A DNA stretch of 32,355 bases from an uncultured virus (IMG/VR IMGVR_UViG_3300005440_000007) (lineage: Duplodnaviria > Heunggongvirae > Uroviricota > Caudoviricetes): IMG/VR virus record IMGVR_UViG_3300005440_000007; one strand, written 5' to 3'. The notes beneath the pieces are model-generated. The model made no database searches and was not told where the DNA came from. It saw only the letters and a list, made by a program, of their open reading frames with translations. A program made the translations under genes and the position numbers. This document shows, in pieces, positions 1-9,350 of the stretch. How positions within the stretch are numbered: position 1 is the stretch's first letter; each line of letters opens with the position of its first letter.

Positions 1-147
1 GGACCCCCGTCAAGGTCTCACGATGGCCAACGATTTCCATGTCAGCTACCACCGTTCAACGCTCCGGGGTTGCCCGGCGGTCTACTTCGTGTGGTCGGCG
101 ATCGAGCATGTGTTCACCGACCTTAATTGCCTGGAGAGGAGTGGATC

Positions 148-600
148 ATGAAGGGCGAAGAGCAGGGGTTGTCGATCGCATTCTATCTGGCCGAGGCGCT
201 CTATCGCCTTGGTTTTCCGTGGGACAAGGTCGGCGACGAAGGTCTCAAGATCGTCGAACGGTTCACCTCGGAAGAGGTGGAGGTAGAAACCGACAAAGGA
301 ATCCTGAAGGGAATGCGCGACTACTTCGAAAAGATCAAGAGCGACCCTCCCGACATTCCTCCGATGACCTTTGACAGTCACCTCTCGCCTTCCGAGTATG
401 TCGTTCTTGACGACCTCATCAGGTCGCTCGAGGACTTGGCTGGACACCTGCCGTGGGTCGCCGCGCCGATCTACGACATCCTGGACGACTACAACGAGTA
501 TCTCGAGTCCGTCAACGCCTCAGAAAAACTTCAAGAGCGTTCCGGCCGGCTGCGTCATTCCATCAGCGACCTGGAGGACCGTGCGGCCGGGAGAGGCTGA
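148..600 (+). CDS. hypothetical acidic protein (150 aa)
   Basis: AGGAG SD before ATG148; stop overlaps next ATG (TGATG). Confidence 0.7.
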   Translation: MKGEEQGLSIAFYLAEALYRLGFPWDKVGDEGLKIVERFTSEEVEVETDKGILKGMRDYFEKIKSDPPDIPPMTFDSHLSPSEYVVLDDLIRSLEDLAGHLPWVAAPIYDILDDYNEYLESVNASEKLQERSGRLRHSISDLEDRAAGRG

Positions 601-785
601 TGCCCTACGACTGGATGAAAGGCCATTGCAAGGATTGTGGCGCTTTTGTCCGGGACGGCAACGGAATCCAGGAACAACTTCCAGGGGGAGACATCCTCAG
701 GTTCTGCGTGAAGTGTCACACCAAGAGATGTGAGTCACCCGCACCGGCATCGGCAGATCGCGCAAAGGTTGCAGTAGACGCATAG
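600..785 (+). CDS. small CxxC...CxxC zinc-finger protein
   Basis: MPYDWMKGHCKDCG...FCVKC; coupled to upstream stop; 3' end overlaps the convergent gene. Confidence 0.55.
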   Translation: MPYDWMKGHCKDCGAFVRDGNGIQEQLPGGDILRFCVKCHTKRCESPAPASADRAKVAVDA

Positions 786-1814
786 CGCCTCTGCGCCGCA
801 GACGCAAACCGCTGAAGAAACTCCAGGCCCTTTCATCGAAGGGCCTCCTGGCTTCCAGAATCCCCGGAAGAGTCCCGCGACCCTGGCTTCCACGTCCATG
901 CCGGTGAAGGAGTTCAGCATCTGCGGCTCGTCATCACGCTTCCCGAACATGAGGTGGCCCGTCGAGAAGCAGAAGGTACAGCTCTGGCAGGTGATCTTGC
1001 CGTCGATCTTTTTGTATTGGGGGCTGCGTTCGACCGGGCAGACGGGCGCGCCGCCCATCTGGGAGACGGTCGCCTTCATGCCGCTATGGTCCCGGAAGAT
1101 GAGCTCGACGGGCTCCCCGGGGAGATCCTTATCATCGGCGGCAAGCCACGCGCGGATCGCAGTGGGGATGAGGCTGGCGGCGGGGACCTTGGTTTCTCGA
1201 TCACAGGAGAGCACCAGGCGCATGTTGTCGATGTCCGACAAATTCTTCAACGGCTTGATGAACTCCCTCCTGATCTCGCCTTTTCCGTTCTGCCAGGATC
1301 TCGTATAGGCGTAGAAACGGACGTACTTCCGGCTTCTGACGATCTCCGACCAGAGGGCCACGTATTCAGGATCGAAGAAATCTCCCCCGACGTGGATCCG
1401 GACGACTCCGGTCAGGTTTGCGGTTTTCCAGATGTCGGCGAAGTGATCCGGGAAGAGGGTGACGTAGGCCCAGTTCACGTAATAGGCCCACTCGTTCATC
1501 ATGAAGAGGGCGTTCTTGGCGTAGCAGAGGCTCTCGCAGAACTCCGTCGCGCCCGGGCAGCTGGCCCCGCGGAAGTTCTGGCCGGCGGGGAGCGAGAACT
1601 GGGAGATGGCGCCGATCTTGGCATTGCCCAGGACGATGTTGACGCCTACCTGCTCGGCATCCTTGAGATGTGTGAGGATCCTGCCCCTTCGGTTCTTGAA
1701 CGTTTCCCGCTCTTTCTTGTCGGGGAAGATGGAGGGGTCCGGCAGCAGTTCGCTGACCCGGTCCACGATTTTTCGACGTTCGGGGCTTCTCTTCGGGAAG
1801 CTGCCGTAGATCAT
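735..1814 (-). CDS. GP88-like (phage gene product 88, radical-SAM-like Cys-cluster) protein
   Basis: GNAKIG...FSLPAG..CPGAT.FC..LCYAK, VRIHVGGDFFD and FYAYTRSW motifs typical of this phage family; Cys-rich C-terminus. Confidence 0.7.
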   Translation of the reverse strand: MIYGSFPKRSPERRKIVDRVSELLPDPSIFPDKKERETFKNRRGRILTHLKDAEQVGVNIVLGNAKIGAISQFSLPAGQNFRGASCPGATEFCESLCYAKNALFMMNEWAYYVNWAYVTLFPDHFADIWKTANLTGVVRIHVGGDFFDPEYVALWSEIVRSRKYVRFYAYTRSWQNGKGEIRREFIKPLKNLSDIDNMRLVLSCDRETKVPAASLIPTAIRAWLAADDKDLPGEPVELIFRDHSGMKATVSQMGGAPVCPVERSPQYKKIDGKITCQSCTFCFSTGHLMFGKRDDEPQMLNSFTGMDVEARVAGLFRGFWKPGGPSMKGPGVSSAVCVCGAEALCVYCNLCAICRCRCG

Positions 1815-2050
1815 ATTGGCTCTTCGGAAGGCTCGAGATGGACGTCGATTTGAAGCTCAGCGAACAGGTGGTCGACCCAGTCCTCTGGAGCGACCGGATC
1901 CGGTTGGACCGTGGATGCTGCAGTGTCGAAGGATTCCGCCTCGAGCTTTGGAAAGTCCTTCAGGAACCGGACCCTGACGTCCTGGACGAAATCTGGGGAA
2001 TATCCCGCCTGCAGGATGACGTCCGCGACATCCGAGAAGGGAACACCCAT
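1811..2050 (-). CDS. hypothetical acidic protein
   Basis: ATGA overlap with GP88-like gene; TAAACT -10-like hexamer 8 nt upstream of ATG. Confidence 0.6.
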   Translation of the reverse strand: MGVPFSDVADVILQAGYSPDFVQDVRVRFLKDFPKLEAESFDTAASTVQPDPVAPEDWVDHLFAELQIDVHLEPSEEPI

Positions 2051-2297
2051 CGACTCAAAGTTTACCCGGCCTTGCGCCGGCGGTCCAGCATGGCGTATAT
2101 TCTTGTGGATGGACGATACGAAATTGCCCGACTATCACGGCCAGCTCGCACCCGCTCCGTGGGGCAAGGTTCGCCTCACCAAGCGGAATCGGAGAATCCT
2201 TCGGGGTGGGTCGTCAAAGGGATGCCCCAGCTGCCAAGGGGTCGGATTCACGGGGGGACCGGAGTTCGGGACTCCGTGCTCCTGCCTCAATGCATCC

Positions 2298-2325
2298 TTG
2301 CCTCCCAAGCGGTCTGCGGTATAAT
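2298..2325 (+). promoter_or_regulatory. sigma70-type promoter, probably leaderless transcript
   Basis: TTGCCT-16-TATAAT, ATG 8 nt downstream, no SD. Confidence 0.55.
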
Positions 2326-2333
2326 CAGAATTC

Positions 2334-2813
2334 ATGGACTTCTACGCGAGGCGTACAGACCTCTCGCCGGTCCTGGGTATCGAGGAAGGGGAGACCAGAA
2401 AAGTTTGCCCACCCGGTACTGTGAAGTCGTACCTTCCGCATTTCCCGTGGTCGGAATGCATTCCCACCGAGCAGGCGCTTGAGCCTCACAAATTCCCAGA
2501 TCGCATCCCGAGGCCAGGCCCGACGGCTACGAGCACGACGGCCGCCAGGCCAAACGGGAACGGAGCCTCCCCCGGCCCAGCTCCTCTCCCTCCGCCGCCT
2601 CCTGCTCCGGCCGCGCCCGCCCCTCTTCCTCCTCTGAAGAAGGCCAGGTTCCTCGCGGTGGATTACCAGAGCGGGGAGATCGTGGACCCGGACACCGGCG
2701 CCATCATCGAAAATGCAACGGCCTATTCGATCGACACCGTCGACACGGTGGCGATCGGCGCGGGCCTCGGCCTTGTAGCGGTGCTGCTCGCGTTGGCAGG
2801 AGTTTTCGACTAG
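2334..2813 (+). CDS. Pro-rich protein with C-terminal transmembrane anchor
   Basis: SPVLG leader, CPPG..C pair, poly-Pro linker, terminal hydrophobic helix VAIGAGLGLVAVLLALAGVF. Confidence 0.75.
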   Translation: MDFYARRTDLSPVLGIEEGETRKVCPPGTVKSYLPHFPWSECIPTEQALEPHKFPDRIPRPGPTATSTTAARPNGNGASPGPAPLPPPPPAPAAPAPLPPLKKARFLAVDYQSGEIVDPDTGAIIENATAYSIDTVDTVAIGAGLGLVAVLLALAGVFD

Positions 2814-2823
2814 GGAGCCGATT

Positions 2824-3039
2824 ATGAGCCAGGAAGCAAATCTTGCGTTCTACGAGCAGATCAAGCCCGATCTGATCTCCAAAGGTCTCGAGGGGTATTT
2901 CGTCCTGATCAAGGATGCCGCGCTCGTCGACGTCTATCCGACGCACAAGGACGCCTACGATGCTGCGGTAGCCCAGTTCGGCGCAGCCGAGGTGACGATC
3001 AAGGAAGTCAAGATCCAGGACATCGTGGAGACGATCTGA
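2824..3039 (+). CDS. DUF5678-like small protein
   Basis: NLAFYEQIKPDL...GYFVLIKDAALVDVYPT..DAY pattern; directly upstream of a clan AA protease, a recurrent pairing. Confidence 0.6.
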   Translation: MSQEANLAFYEQIKPDLISKGLEGYFVLIKDAALVDVYPTHKDAYDAAVAQFGAAEVTIKEVKIQDIVETI

Positions 3040-3569
3040 TGAATCCCAACGTGCTGCGGCATTTCGGAACGGCCCTTCCCGTCGCCCCCTCTTTCCGGCG
3101 TCCGACCCGCTTCATCGGAGCTCCGCGCCGACCTGTTCTCGGGCAGTTTGCCAAGGACACGGAGGAGTTTCGGAGCCGCGGTGCGATTCTTCCGATCCAG
3201 ATCGGAATCCCAAGCTCCTTGGCCGCCCAGATGACGGCTCAGGGCAAGACGCCTCCTCCCCCAGAAGAAATCATGGCGCTTGTCGACACCGGCGCCTCGG
3301 TCACGGCGATCAACGTCGCGACCGCTCAGCGTCTGGGTCTTCCCGTGACCGGCTCCATCACCATCGGTCACGCGGGAGGTACGAGCGAGCAGCCCGTCTA
3401 CAGCGCCATGTTCCGGATTCCGGATCCTTTCATCGAGTGGGATCCCATGCCGATCTCCGGATCCAACCTTTCGGGAACGCCCTTCGACATTCTGCTGGGA
3501 CGGAACGTGCTTTGCAGCATGACCCTGTCCTACGACGGAAAGGCCGGACGGTTCTCCCTCATTCTCTAA
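3039..3569 (+). CDS. retropepsin-like (clan AA) aspartic protease with N-terminal extension
   Basis: ALVDTGASVTAI catalytic motif and DILLGRNVL motif. Confidence 0.85.
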   Translation: MNPNVLRHFGTALPVAPSFRRPTRFIGAPRRPVLGQFAKDTEEFRSRGAILPIQIGIPSSLAAQMTAQGKTPPPPEEIMALVDTGASVTAINVATAQRLGLPVTGSITIGHAGGTSEQPVYSAMFRIPDPFIEWDPMPISGSNLSGTPFDILLGRNVLCSMTLSYDGKAGRFSLIL

Positions 3570-3582
3570 GTCTGCTTTCCTC

Positions 3583-3610
3583 TTGACGTCATTGGTATAC
3601 GGCGTATACT
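3583..3610 (+). promoter_or_regulatory. sigma70-type promoter with GTATAC-N3-GTATAC element
   Basis: TTGACG-16-TATACT; ATG3618 7 nt downstream. Confidence 0.6.
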
Positions 3611-3617
3611 CAATGAC

Positions 3618-3968
3618 ATGCCAAGGATCAAGCGCCCGGAAATCGGATCTTTTATGGGCGTGATCCCTCCCGGCGTCAAGTCGTTTGCGGCCGACCTCCT
3701 GGATTACTCCTACCGAAAGAAGCGACTGCATGCTGCTCATCTGGTGGTCACGCTGTGTCGCTTCGGCCGGTGGCTATCGTGGGCGTTTTTCCCATCCTTC
3801 CGATTCTTCCCAGGCCTGACCGATTCGGTCGACGGGGCAATGTCCTGGGAGATGAAGGCAAAAATTTCCCTTCGGCCGGACCCCAGGATTCCGTTCGTGC
3901 TGGCGGCCACCGGAGCGATGGGGGCGATTATCGCCAGCCGCAGTTTCAGGGTGAAGAAGGGGGCGTGA
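3618..3968 (+). CDS. hypothetical protein
   Basis: follows promoter; stop overlaps next ATG. Confidence 0.5.
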   Translation: MPRIKRPEIGSFMGVIPPGVKSFAADLLDYSYRKKRLHAAHLVVTLCRFGRWLSWAFFPSFRFFPGLTDSVDGAMSWEMKAKISLRPDPRIPFVLAATGAMGAIIASRSFRVKKGA

Positions 3969-4480
3969 TGGACTACGGAAGGCTTTTCCTGTTCCTGGCC
4001 GCGGCGACGGGCGTCATGGCCATCGGCACCCACCTCTGGTGCTGGGCCTACCGCGTCGTCGAGCGCGCCGTCTTTCGCAGAAAGCTGGCAAGCCTCTGCC
4101 AGACCTGGGAACGCGAGTGCCTTGAAGACGACGAGATCGAACGGCGTCGTGCGGTCGCCCCACGATACATGACCTGGGAGCAGGCCATGAACGACTTCCG
4201 GGGAGGTCTTCCGCTTGATGACGTTCTCGACAGGCTCAACGGGCAGTTCCCGCCGCGCGCGGCTGATATTCAGAAGAGCGTTCCCGGGCCCATCCCCGGA
4301 TCCGTAAGTTCTGGAATCAGCGGGCCCGCCCTCGCTGCAGTTCTGACGACGGTGGCGGTTTTCGCATGCCTTTACGGAATCGGATTCAAGCCTGAGGGGC
4401 TTGAGTATCTGATCCAAAAGGCCAGAGAGCAGTTCGGCAACAACCCTCCTCCGCCTCCGATTCCTGGAGGAAAGGCGTGA
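3968..4480 (+). CDS. hypothetical membrane protein
   Basis: GGGGG SD, TGATG coupling, two hydrophobic segments. Confidence 0.6.
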   Translation: MDYGRLFLFLAAATGVMAIGTHLWCWAYRVVERAVFRRKLASLCQTWERECLEDDEIERRRAVAPRYMTWEQAMNDFRGGLPLDDVLDRLNGQFPPRAADIQKSVPGPIPGSVSSGISGPALAAVLTTVAVFACLYGIGFKPEGLEYLIQKAREQFGNNPPPPPIPGGKA

Positions 4481-4674
4481 TCGCCTTCTTCTGGTCGTTC
4501 GTCGTATCCCTCGGTTTCGTGCTCTCGGGCTTCCTCCTTCGGGACGGAGAGTTCCGGCTTGCTGGAATCCTCTTCTTCGCGACGTGGGCATGGCTCCTCT
4601 TTCCGAAAATTCCAATGTGGCTCATCCGTCAGGCCGGGAAACTTCTGGGCGGACAACGCAAGGCTGCCGCCTGA
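4477..4674 (+). CDS. small two-TM membrane protein
   Basis: GTGA overlap, GGAGG SD, two hydrophobic helices, basic C-tail. Confidence 0.6.
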   Translation: MIAFFWSFVVSLGFVLSGFLLRDGEFRLAGILFFATWAWLLFPKIPMWLIRQAGKLLGGQRKAAA

Positions 4675-4691
4675 AATCGGAGGTCCGTTCT

Positions 4692-5132
4692 ATGGAGATG
4701 TCCCAGGAAGACGGAGCGCTGATCGGCCTTTCGACGATCGGCATCGGGAATTACTTCAAGCATCCGGACAAGATCGTGGGGAAGGACGGGACGCAGGGCG
4801 CCGCCAGAAGCTTCGACAAGGAGATTCTCGATCGTCTCGTATCAAGCGGACTTGCCGTTTACGATCAGAAATGGGAAGGCTACGCGCTCTCGCTACCCGG
4901 CGCGAAGCGCGTGATGCAGATCATGCTCCTCGAGACGCCCATGGAGCCGATCCACGCTCTCGAGGCTCTCGTCAAATTCGGCGCGCTCATCAAGCTCGAG
5001 AAGGGCCAGGGAGAGATTTACGTAGTGACCGTCGTGATGCAGGGGACGGCTTATATCGCCGCCGACAAGGAGCTGGCCAAGGCTGCAATCATGGCCAAGC
5101 GCAAGGTGGACGAGGGGCTGATCGGCTCCTGA
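4692..5132 (+). CDS. hypothetical protein
   Basis: GGAGG SD before ATG4692. Confidence 0.65.
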   Translation: MEMSQEDGALIGLSTIGIGNYFKHPDKIVGKDGTQGAARSFDKEILDRLVSSGLAVYDQKWEGYALSLPGAKRVMQIMLLETPMEPIHALEALVKFGALIKLEKGQGEIYVVTVVMQGTAYIAADKELAKAAIMAKRKVDEGLIGS

Positions 5133-5157
5133 GGTCCGACGTGTCGGGGGAGGGGTA

Positions 5158-5307
5158 GTGGTTGTCTGCGGGAAATGCCACGGCGAGAAAACGCGCATCG
5201 TCAAGCCAGGCGGCGGATACCGCTATGTCTGCTGGTGTGAGGAGTGGAAGGCGATCCTGAAGCTCCTGGATGTTGCAAGAACGAAAGAAAGGAAGAGGGG
5301 ACGTTGA
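5158..5307 (+). CDS. 49-aa zinc-ribbon-like protein (not in ORF track)
   Basis: GGAGG SD, GTG start, MVVCGKCHGEKTRIVKPGGGYRYVCWCEEW...; TGA overlaps ATPase ATG. Confidence 0.55.
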   Translation: MVVCGKCHGEKTRIVKPGGGYRYVCWCEEWKAILKLLDVARTKERKRGR

Positions 5308-7127
5308 TGCGGAAGCTGTGGATCTCCAAAACCCTCGGGCTGCCCGTGGACGCGGTCACCCAGCGGATTTCCATCCTCGGGAAAACACGTTCCGGGAAGA
5401 GCTACACGGCCGGCGTGGTCGTCGAGGAAGTCCTCAAGGCCCGTCAACAGGTCGTGATCCTGGATCCCAAAGGAGACTGGCACGGTCTCCGTTCCAGCGC
5501 CGATGGAAAGTCGACGGGCTTCTCGATCACGATCATGGGTGGGAAGCGCGGGGACATTCCTCTTGAGCCCACGGCCGGCGCCATCATCGCAGACATCGTC
5601 GTGGACGAGAGAGCTTCACTCGTTCTGGACCTCTCCCAGTTCGAATCCAAGGGGGATGAGATCCGGTTCGTCACCGCGTTCCTCGATCGTCTGTACCGGA
5701 AGAACACGGAGCCGGTTCTTCTCGTTGTCGACGAGGCCGACGTCTTCGCGCCTCAGAAGCCCGAGAAGAACGAGACCGTCATGCTCAATCGCATGGAGAC
5801 GATCTGTCGCCGCGGCGCCGGAAGAGGGATCGGAGTCCTGCTCGTATCCCAGCGATCGGCGGCTCTCCACAAGGGATGCCTCTCCCAGACCGAGCTCATG
5901 ATCGCGCACCAGACGACGGCTCCCCAGGACAAGGATGCGATCAAGGCGTGGGTGGTCGATCACGGTGACGAAGACCAGCGCGAAAATTTCATGAAGGAGA
6001 TCACGAAGCTCAAGACGGGCACGGCTATCGCCTGGTCGCCTTCCTGGCTCGAGATCTACGAGCAGGTTTCCGTCCGGAAGAAGGAAACCTACGACTCGGG
6101 CGAGTCGCCGCGCGTCGGAAAGCGCCGGAAGGCACCCAAGGTCTTGGCGAAGGTCGACCTTGATCGTCTCAAGAAGCACATGGCCGAGACCATCGAGAAG
6201 GCCAAGCAGGAAGATCCGAAACTGCTTCGCGCGGAGATTCAGAGGCTCAAGGCGGAGCTCGCCAAGAAGCCCTCTGCTGCCGCCCCGGCGCCGAAAGCTC
6301 CCCCCATCGTCGTCCAAGCCGTTCAGGTCAAGGATCGCATCGTGAAGATCCCGGTACTCAAGAAGGGGCAGATCAAGAAGCTCCAGAAGCTGGCCGAGCG
6401 GATCGAGAAGTCGAAGTCCGGTCTTGGCGGTTCGATCCAGTCTCTTGAGACCGTAATCAATGCGATCTCCAAGGTTCTCGGGAAGGTTTCGGAGCCGATC
6501 CAGCAGGTCAAGCATGAGGCGCCCCCTGCGCGTCCGGCAGCGGCTGCGGCGGCTCGTCCGGTCCAGAAACCGAAGATTGTGGAGACGCCGTCGAAGGTTT
6601 CCTCGAACGGCGAGGACAAGGTCAACCTTCTTGCCGGCGAGCGAAAGATGCTCGAGGTTCTCGCCCAGTTTCATCCGGGTTCTCGCACGAAGGCCCAGAT
6701 TGGAGCTCTCGCCGGTTATACCCCCAGCGGAGGAACGTTCAGCACCTATTTCAGCACACTCCGGAAGAATGACCTGGTCCAAGAGGACGACTCGGGCAGC
6801 GTGAAGATCACCGAGAAGGGTCTCGACTGGTTCGGCGAAGCACGTCCTGAAGCGCCGAAGACCACAAAAGAGCTTCATGAGATGTGGCGCGGTAAGTTCC
6901 TGGCTGGAGAGCGGAAGATGTTCGACGTCCTGGTCTCGCGATATCCGGAAGGGATCTCCAAGGAGGAACTTGGCCAGGAGACGGGGTATGAGGCCTCTGG
7001 AGGAACTTTCAGCACCTATCTGAGTACCCTCCGGAAGAACTTGCTGGCAACCGTCGACAAGAAGACGGAGATAGTCAGGGCAGCGGACACTCTTTTCGAG
7101 CTGGGGCCGGTCTCCGCGCGGGTGTAG
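5307..7127 (+). CDS. HerA/FtsK-superfamily (DUF87-type) ATPase with coiled coil and duplicated C-terminal winged-helix-like domains
   Basis: Walker A GKTRSGKS, ILDPKGDW, Walker B LLVVDEAD, RRGAGRGIG..VSQR; two repeats LAGERKM...GY..SGGTFSTY.STLRKN. Confidence 0.85.
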   Translation: MRKLWISKTLGLPVDAVTQRISILGKTRSGKSYTAGVVVEEVLKARQQVVILDPKGDWHGLRSSADGKSTGFSITIMGGKRGDIPLEPTAGAIIADIVVDERASLVLDLSQFESKGDEIRFVTAFLDRLYRKNTEPVLLVVDEADVFAPQKPEKNETVMLNRMETICRRGAGRGIGVLLVSQRSAALHKGCLSQTELMIAHQTTAPQDKDAIKAWVVDHGDEDQRENFMKEITKLKTGTAIAWSPSWLEIYEQVSVRKKETYDSGESPRVGKRRKAPKVLAKVDLDRLKKHMAETIEKAKQEDPKLLRAEIQRLKAELAKKPSAAAPAPKAPPIVVQAVQVKDRIVKIPVLKKGQIKKLQKLAERIEKSKSGLGGSIQSLETVINAISKVLGKVSEPIQQVKHEAPPARPAAAAAARPVQKPKIVETPSKVSSNGEDKVNLLAGERKMLEVLAQFHPGSRTKAQIGALAGYTPSGGTFSTYFSTLRKNDLVQEDDSGSVKITEKGLDWFGEARPEAPKTTKELHEMWRGKFLAGERKMFDVLVSRYPEGISKEELGQETGYEASGGTFSTYLSTLRKNLLATVDKKTEIVRAADTLFELGPVSARV

Positions 7128-7136
7128 AATACGACC

Positions 7137-7481
7137 ATGAAGCTTCGGCTCACACCAGAGGAGCTCGCGAAAGCTCATGACGGGCTCTGCAGCAGTTCAA
7201 TCGGCGACGGCCCGTGCTCGTGCCTTGTTCACTGGATTGAGGGCCTGCAGACGGAGGCCGACAAGCTCAAGCTCGAGAAGCGCGGATTCCAGATCATGAC
7301 CAGGAAGGTCGCCGATGCCATGGCGGCTCCCCTGAAGCAACTGGTCCTGGACGGAAAGTACGAGCGTGCGGGCGGCGATGTCGAATGCGAGATTTGCCGC
7401 CTCAAGTATTTCGAGCATCCTCAGGTCCCGGACCTTCCGACATTCCATCTGATCTGCAGCGGATCAGTCGTGAAGACGTAG
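7137..7481 (+). CDS. hypothetical Cys/His-containing protein
   Basis: TAGAAT 6 nt upstream of ATG; CEIC...H..C motif. Confidence 0.65.
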   Translation: MKLRLTPEELAKAHDGLCSSSIGDGPCSCLVHWIEGLQTEADKLKLEKRGFQIMTRKVADAMAAPLKQLVLDGKYERAGGDVECEICRLKYFEHPQVPDLPTFHLICSGSVVKT

Positions 7482-7492
7482 AAGGGTCGACG

Positions 7493-7768
7493 ATGCCACA
7501 CGCCACCACCTGCTCAAAATGCGGATGTATCTACGAATCCGGAAGCGAGGAGCAGGCCAACGAACGGCATCGCTGGTGTCCGTCATGCCGGATCTGCGTC
7601 GATTGCCAGGAACGCGGTGGCGTCCTTGGAGTTTGCGGCGTGGAGCATGGGCCCCTGTGCTCGGCCTGCATCAAGATTCACAATGACTCCCACGAGGAGC
7701 AGACGAAGCGTGACGCGGCCGACAAGAAAGAGTGGCCGGACCTCGCCCTCGAGGATGAAGACGAATGA
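7493..7768 (+). CDS. Cys-rich zinc-finger protein
   Basis: four CxxC pairs; ATGA overlap with next gene. Confidence 0.6.
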   Translation: MPHATTCSKCGCIYESGSEEQANERHRWCPSCRICVDCQERGGVLGVCGVEHGPLCSACIKIHNDSHEEQTKRDAADKKEWPDLALEDEDE

Positions 7769-8379
7769 CGACGAATCTTCTTCTTGAGAGCCCTCCCAAA
7801 GGGAGACCGAAACCAAAGCCCAGGCCGAATCGTAGCATCGCTAAAGGCTCAAAACTCAGTTCCAAGTATCACAACACCTACCTGTTCGATTACTGCGGAG
7901 AAGAAATCCGCAAGTGCCTTGCGCGGCTTTCCGACCAGGCGGAGCTCTACAAGAAGGGGTCCGATGCTGTTCGGAAAAGAATGCGCGTTCGGGCGCTCGT
8001 GGTCGCGTCATTGACCCTGAACGCTACAGCGGTCTGGACCGCAAAGCTTCTCATGCAAGGCAAGTTTTCGATGAGGACCCAGAAGGCTTTTTTCAAGAAG
8101 CGCTGGAAGCTTGATCCGAAGGAGTGGGGCACAACCGCCAAGAGCTGCTTCGCTCGGGCGCTCTGCGGATATTCCATAGGAGCTGACGGCGTCTGCGTGG
8201 ATCGTCATCTCGAGAGAATGGACCTTCTTCCGAAGGACGCCGCGGAACAGTGGCGGGACTGGTTCAGGCTCTACGAAAGCATGTACGGTCCCGGAGAGAC
8301 CGTCCTCTGCGTTCGATGGCATATAGAACTTCTCCACTGGATTGCGATGCAGGCCGAAAGACCTGTATCATGGAAATGA
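7765..8379 (+). CDS. hypothetical protein, possible HhH-GPD/endonuclease III-like motif
   Basis: DGVCVDRHLER resembles the (V/P)VDxH motif; family call weak. Confidence 0.55.
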   Translation: MTTNLLLESPPKGRPKPKPRPNRSIAKGSKLSSKYHNTYLFDYCGEEIRKCLARLSDQAELYKKGSDAVRKRMRVRALVVASLTLNATAVWTAKLLMQGKFSMRTQKAFFKKRWKLDPKEWGTTAKSCFARALCGYSIGADGVCVDRHLERMDLLPKDAAEQWRDWFRLYESMYGPGETVLCVRWHIELLHWIAMQAERPVSWK

Positions 8380-8651
8380 GTATGGAAGCCGACGGCAGCT
8401 CCGGGAATTTCTGCGGTTATTGCAGCAAGGCCGGCCATCGGACGGAGCAGTGCAGGGAAAAAACGGCGGACCGCCGCTTTGAGATGGCCATAGGATGCGG
8501 GATCGGGCTTCTGCTCGTCCCGTTCGCCTTGATCGGTCTCATCTTGGGCATCATCGGGAGTTCCGTGTGGGGAGGGGTCCGCTATGGCCTCAAGCTCTGG
8601 CCGGAATGGGCCGAACACATGAAGAAGCTCGTCTACAAGGAAAAATCATGA
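8376..8651 (+). CDS. CCHC zinc-knuckle plus transmembrane protein
   Basis: CGYCSKAGHRTEQC = Cx2Cx4Hx4C followed by a long hydrophobic helix; ATGA overlaps at both ends. Confidence 0.65.
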   Translation: MSMEADGSSGNFCGYCSKAGHRTEQCREKTADRRFEMAIGCGIGLLLVPFALIGLILGIIGSSVWGGVRYGLKLWPEWAEHMKKLVYKEKS

Positions 8652-9085
8652 GTCACGACCGCTTGGTCAAAGGCGCCGGGATCCTGGGGAGCCTCTGGCG
8701 AGAAGGAAACCGATGCGGCGCAGCCTGGTCGGGGATCTGCGTCTGCCCGGCCGTCCGGACTTTTTGCCTTGGGAAGAAAAAGTGGCTCGGGCTGCTGCGA
8801 GAACTTCACGAAGGGAAGTACCCTCACGACCTTTCCGGGAACGAGGGCTTCCTCGTCCTCGAATGCATGGATGAGGAAATGCTCAAGGCGACCGGGCTGA
8901 CGATAGTGAAGGTCGCTCCCCCTGGAAGAGCTCTTCTGCGAATTTGCAATATCGACAATCCTCTTGGAGAAATGCTCAAGCTGGCTCAGACAAGAAATAA
9001 CGGTCTGGACGAAAGCGGTCCAATCGTCTTGATGCAGGAACTGTGGTCCCCCGCCGAGACCCCTTCGGAGGCGGCCGTTTCGTAG
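8648..9085 (+). CDS. hypothetical protein
   Basis: AAGGA SD and ATGA overlap. Confidence 0.6.
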   Translation: MSHDRLVKGAGILGSLWREGNRCGAAWSGICVCPAVRTFCLGKKKWLGLLRELHEGKYPHDLSGNEGFLVLECMDEEMLKATGLTIVKVAPPGRALLRICNIDNPLGEMLKLAQTRNNGLDESGPIVLMQELWSPAETPSEAAVS

Positions 9086-9098
9086 TAGAATTAATTCG

Positions 9099-9299
9099 AT
9101 GCTGGTCTGCAGTACTTGCCACTCCCGAAGAGTTCCATGTCGAGGCGCTCACGACGACGCTCCCTTTGGAAGATGTGAAAGCTGCGGTCGGTCAGGAGAG
9201 CTGGTTTCCTGCGGGAAAAAAGCCGATCAGCAGTGGAGTTCCATCGGGATCTACCGGAACACTGCCTGGCTGAAATATCGACGTCCTCGAAAGAAGTAG
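9099..9299 (+). CDS. small CxxC zinc-finger protein
   Basis: CSTC...CESC; TAGAAT 7 nt upstream. Confidence 0.5.
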   Translation: MLVCSTCHSRRVPCRGAHDDAPFGRCESCGRSGELVSCGKKADQQWSSIGIYRNTAWLKYRRPRKK

Positions 9300-9350
9300 T
9301 ACCGGATAGGCCCTTCCGGGTATACTTCAGCCGAAGGTTCGGAGGACGAC

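Noticed and set aside
4477..4674. Holin call for the two-TM protein
   Set aside because: Topology fits but no endolysin or spanin is nearby.
5616..7178. Long antisense ORFs (also 13500-14414, 19304-20311, 20408-21673, 21965-22891, 954-1853)
   Set aside because: Shadow frames opposite well-supported genes in GC-rich DNA; no motifs or SD.
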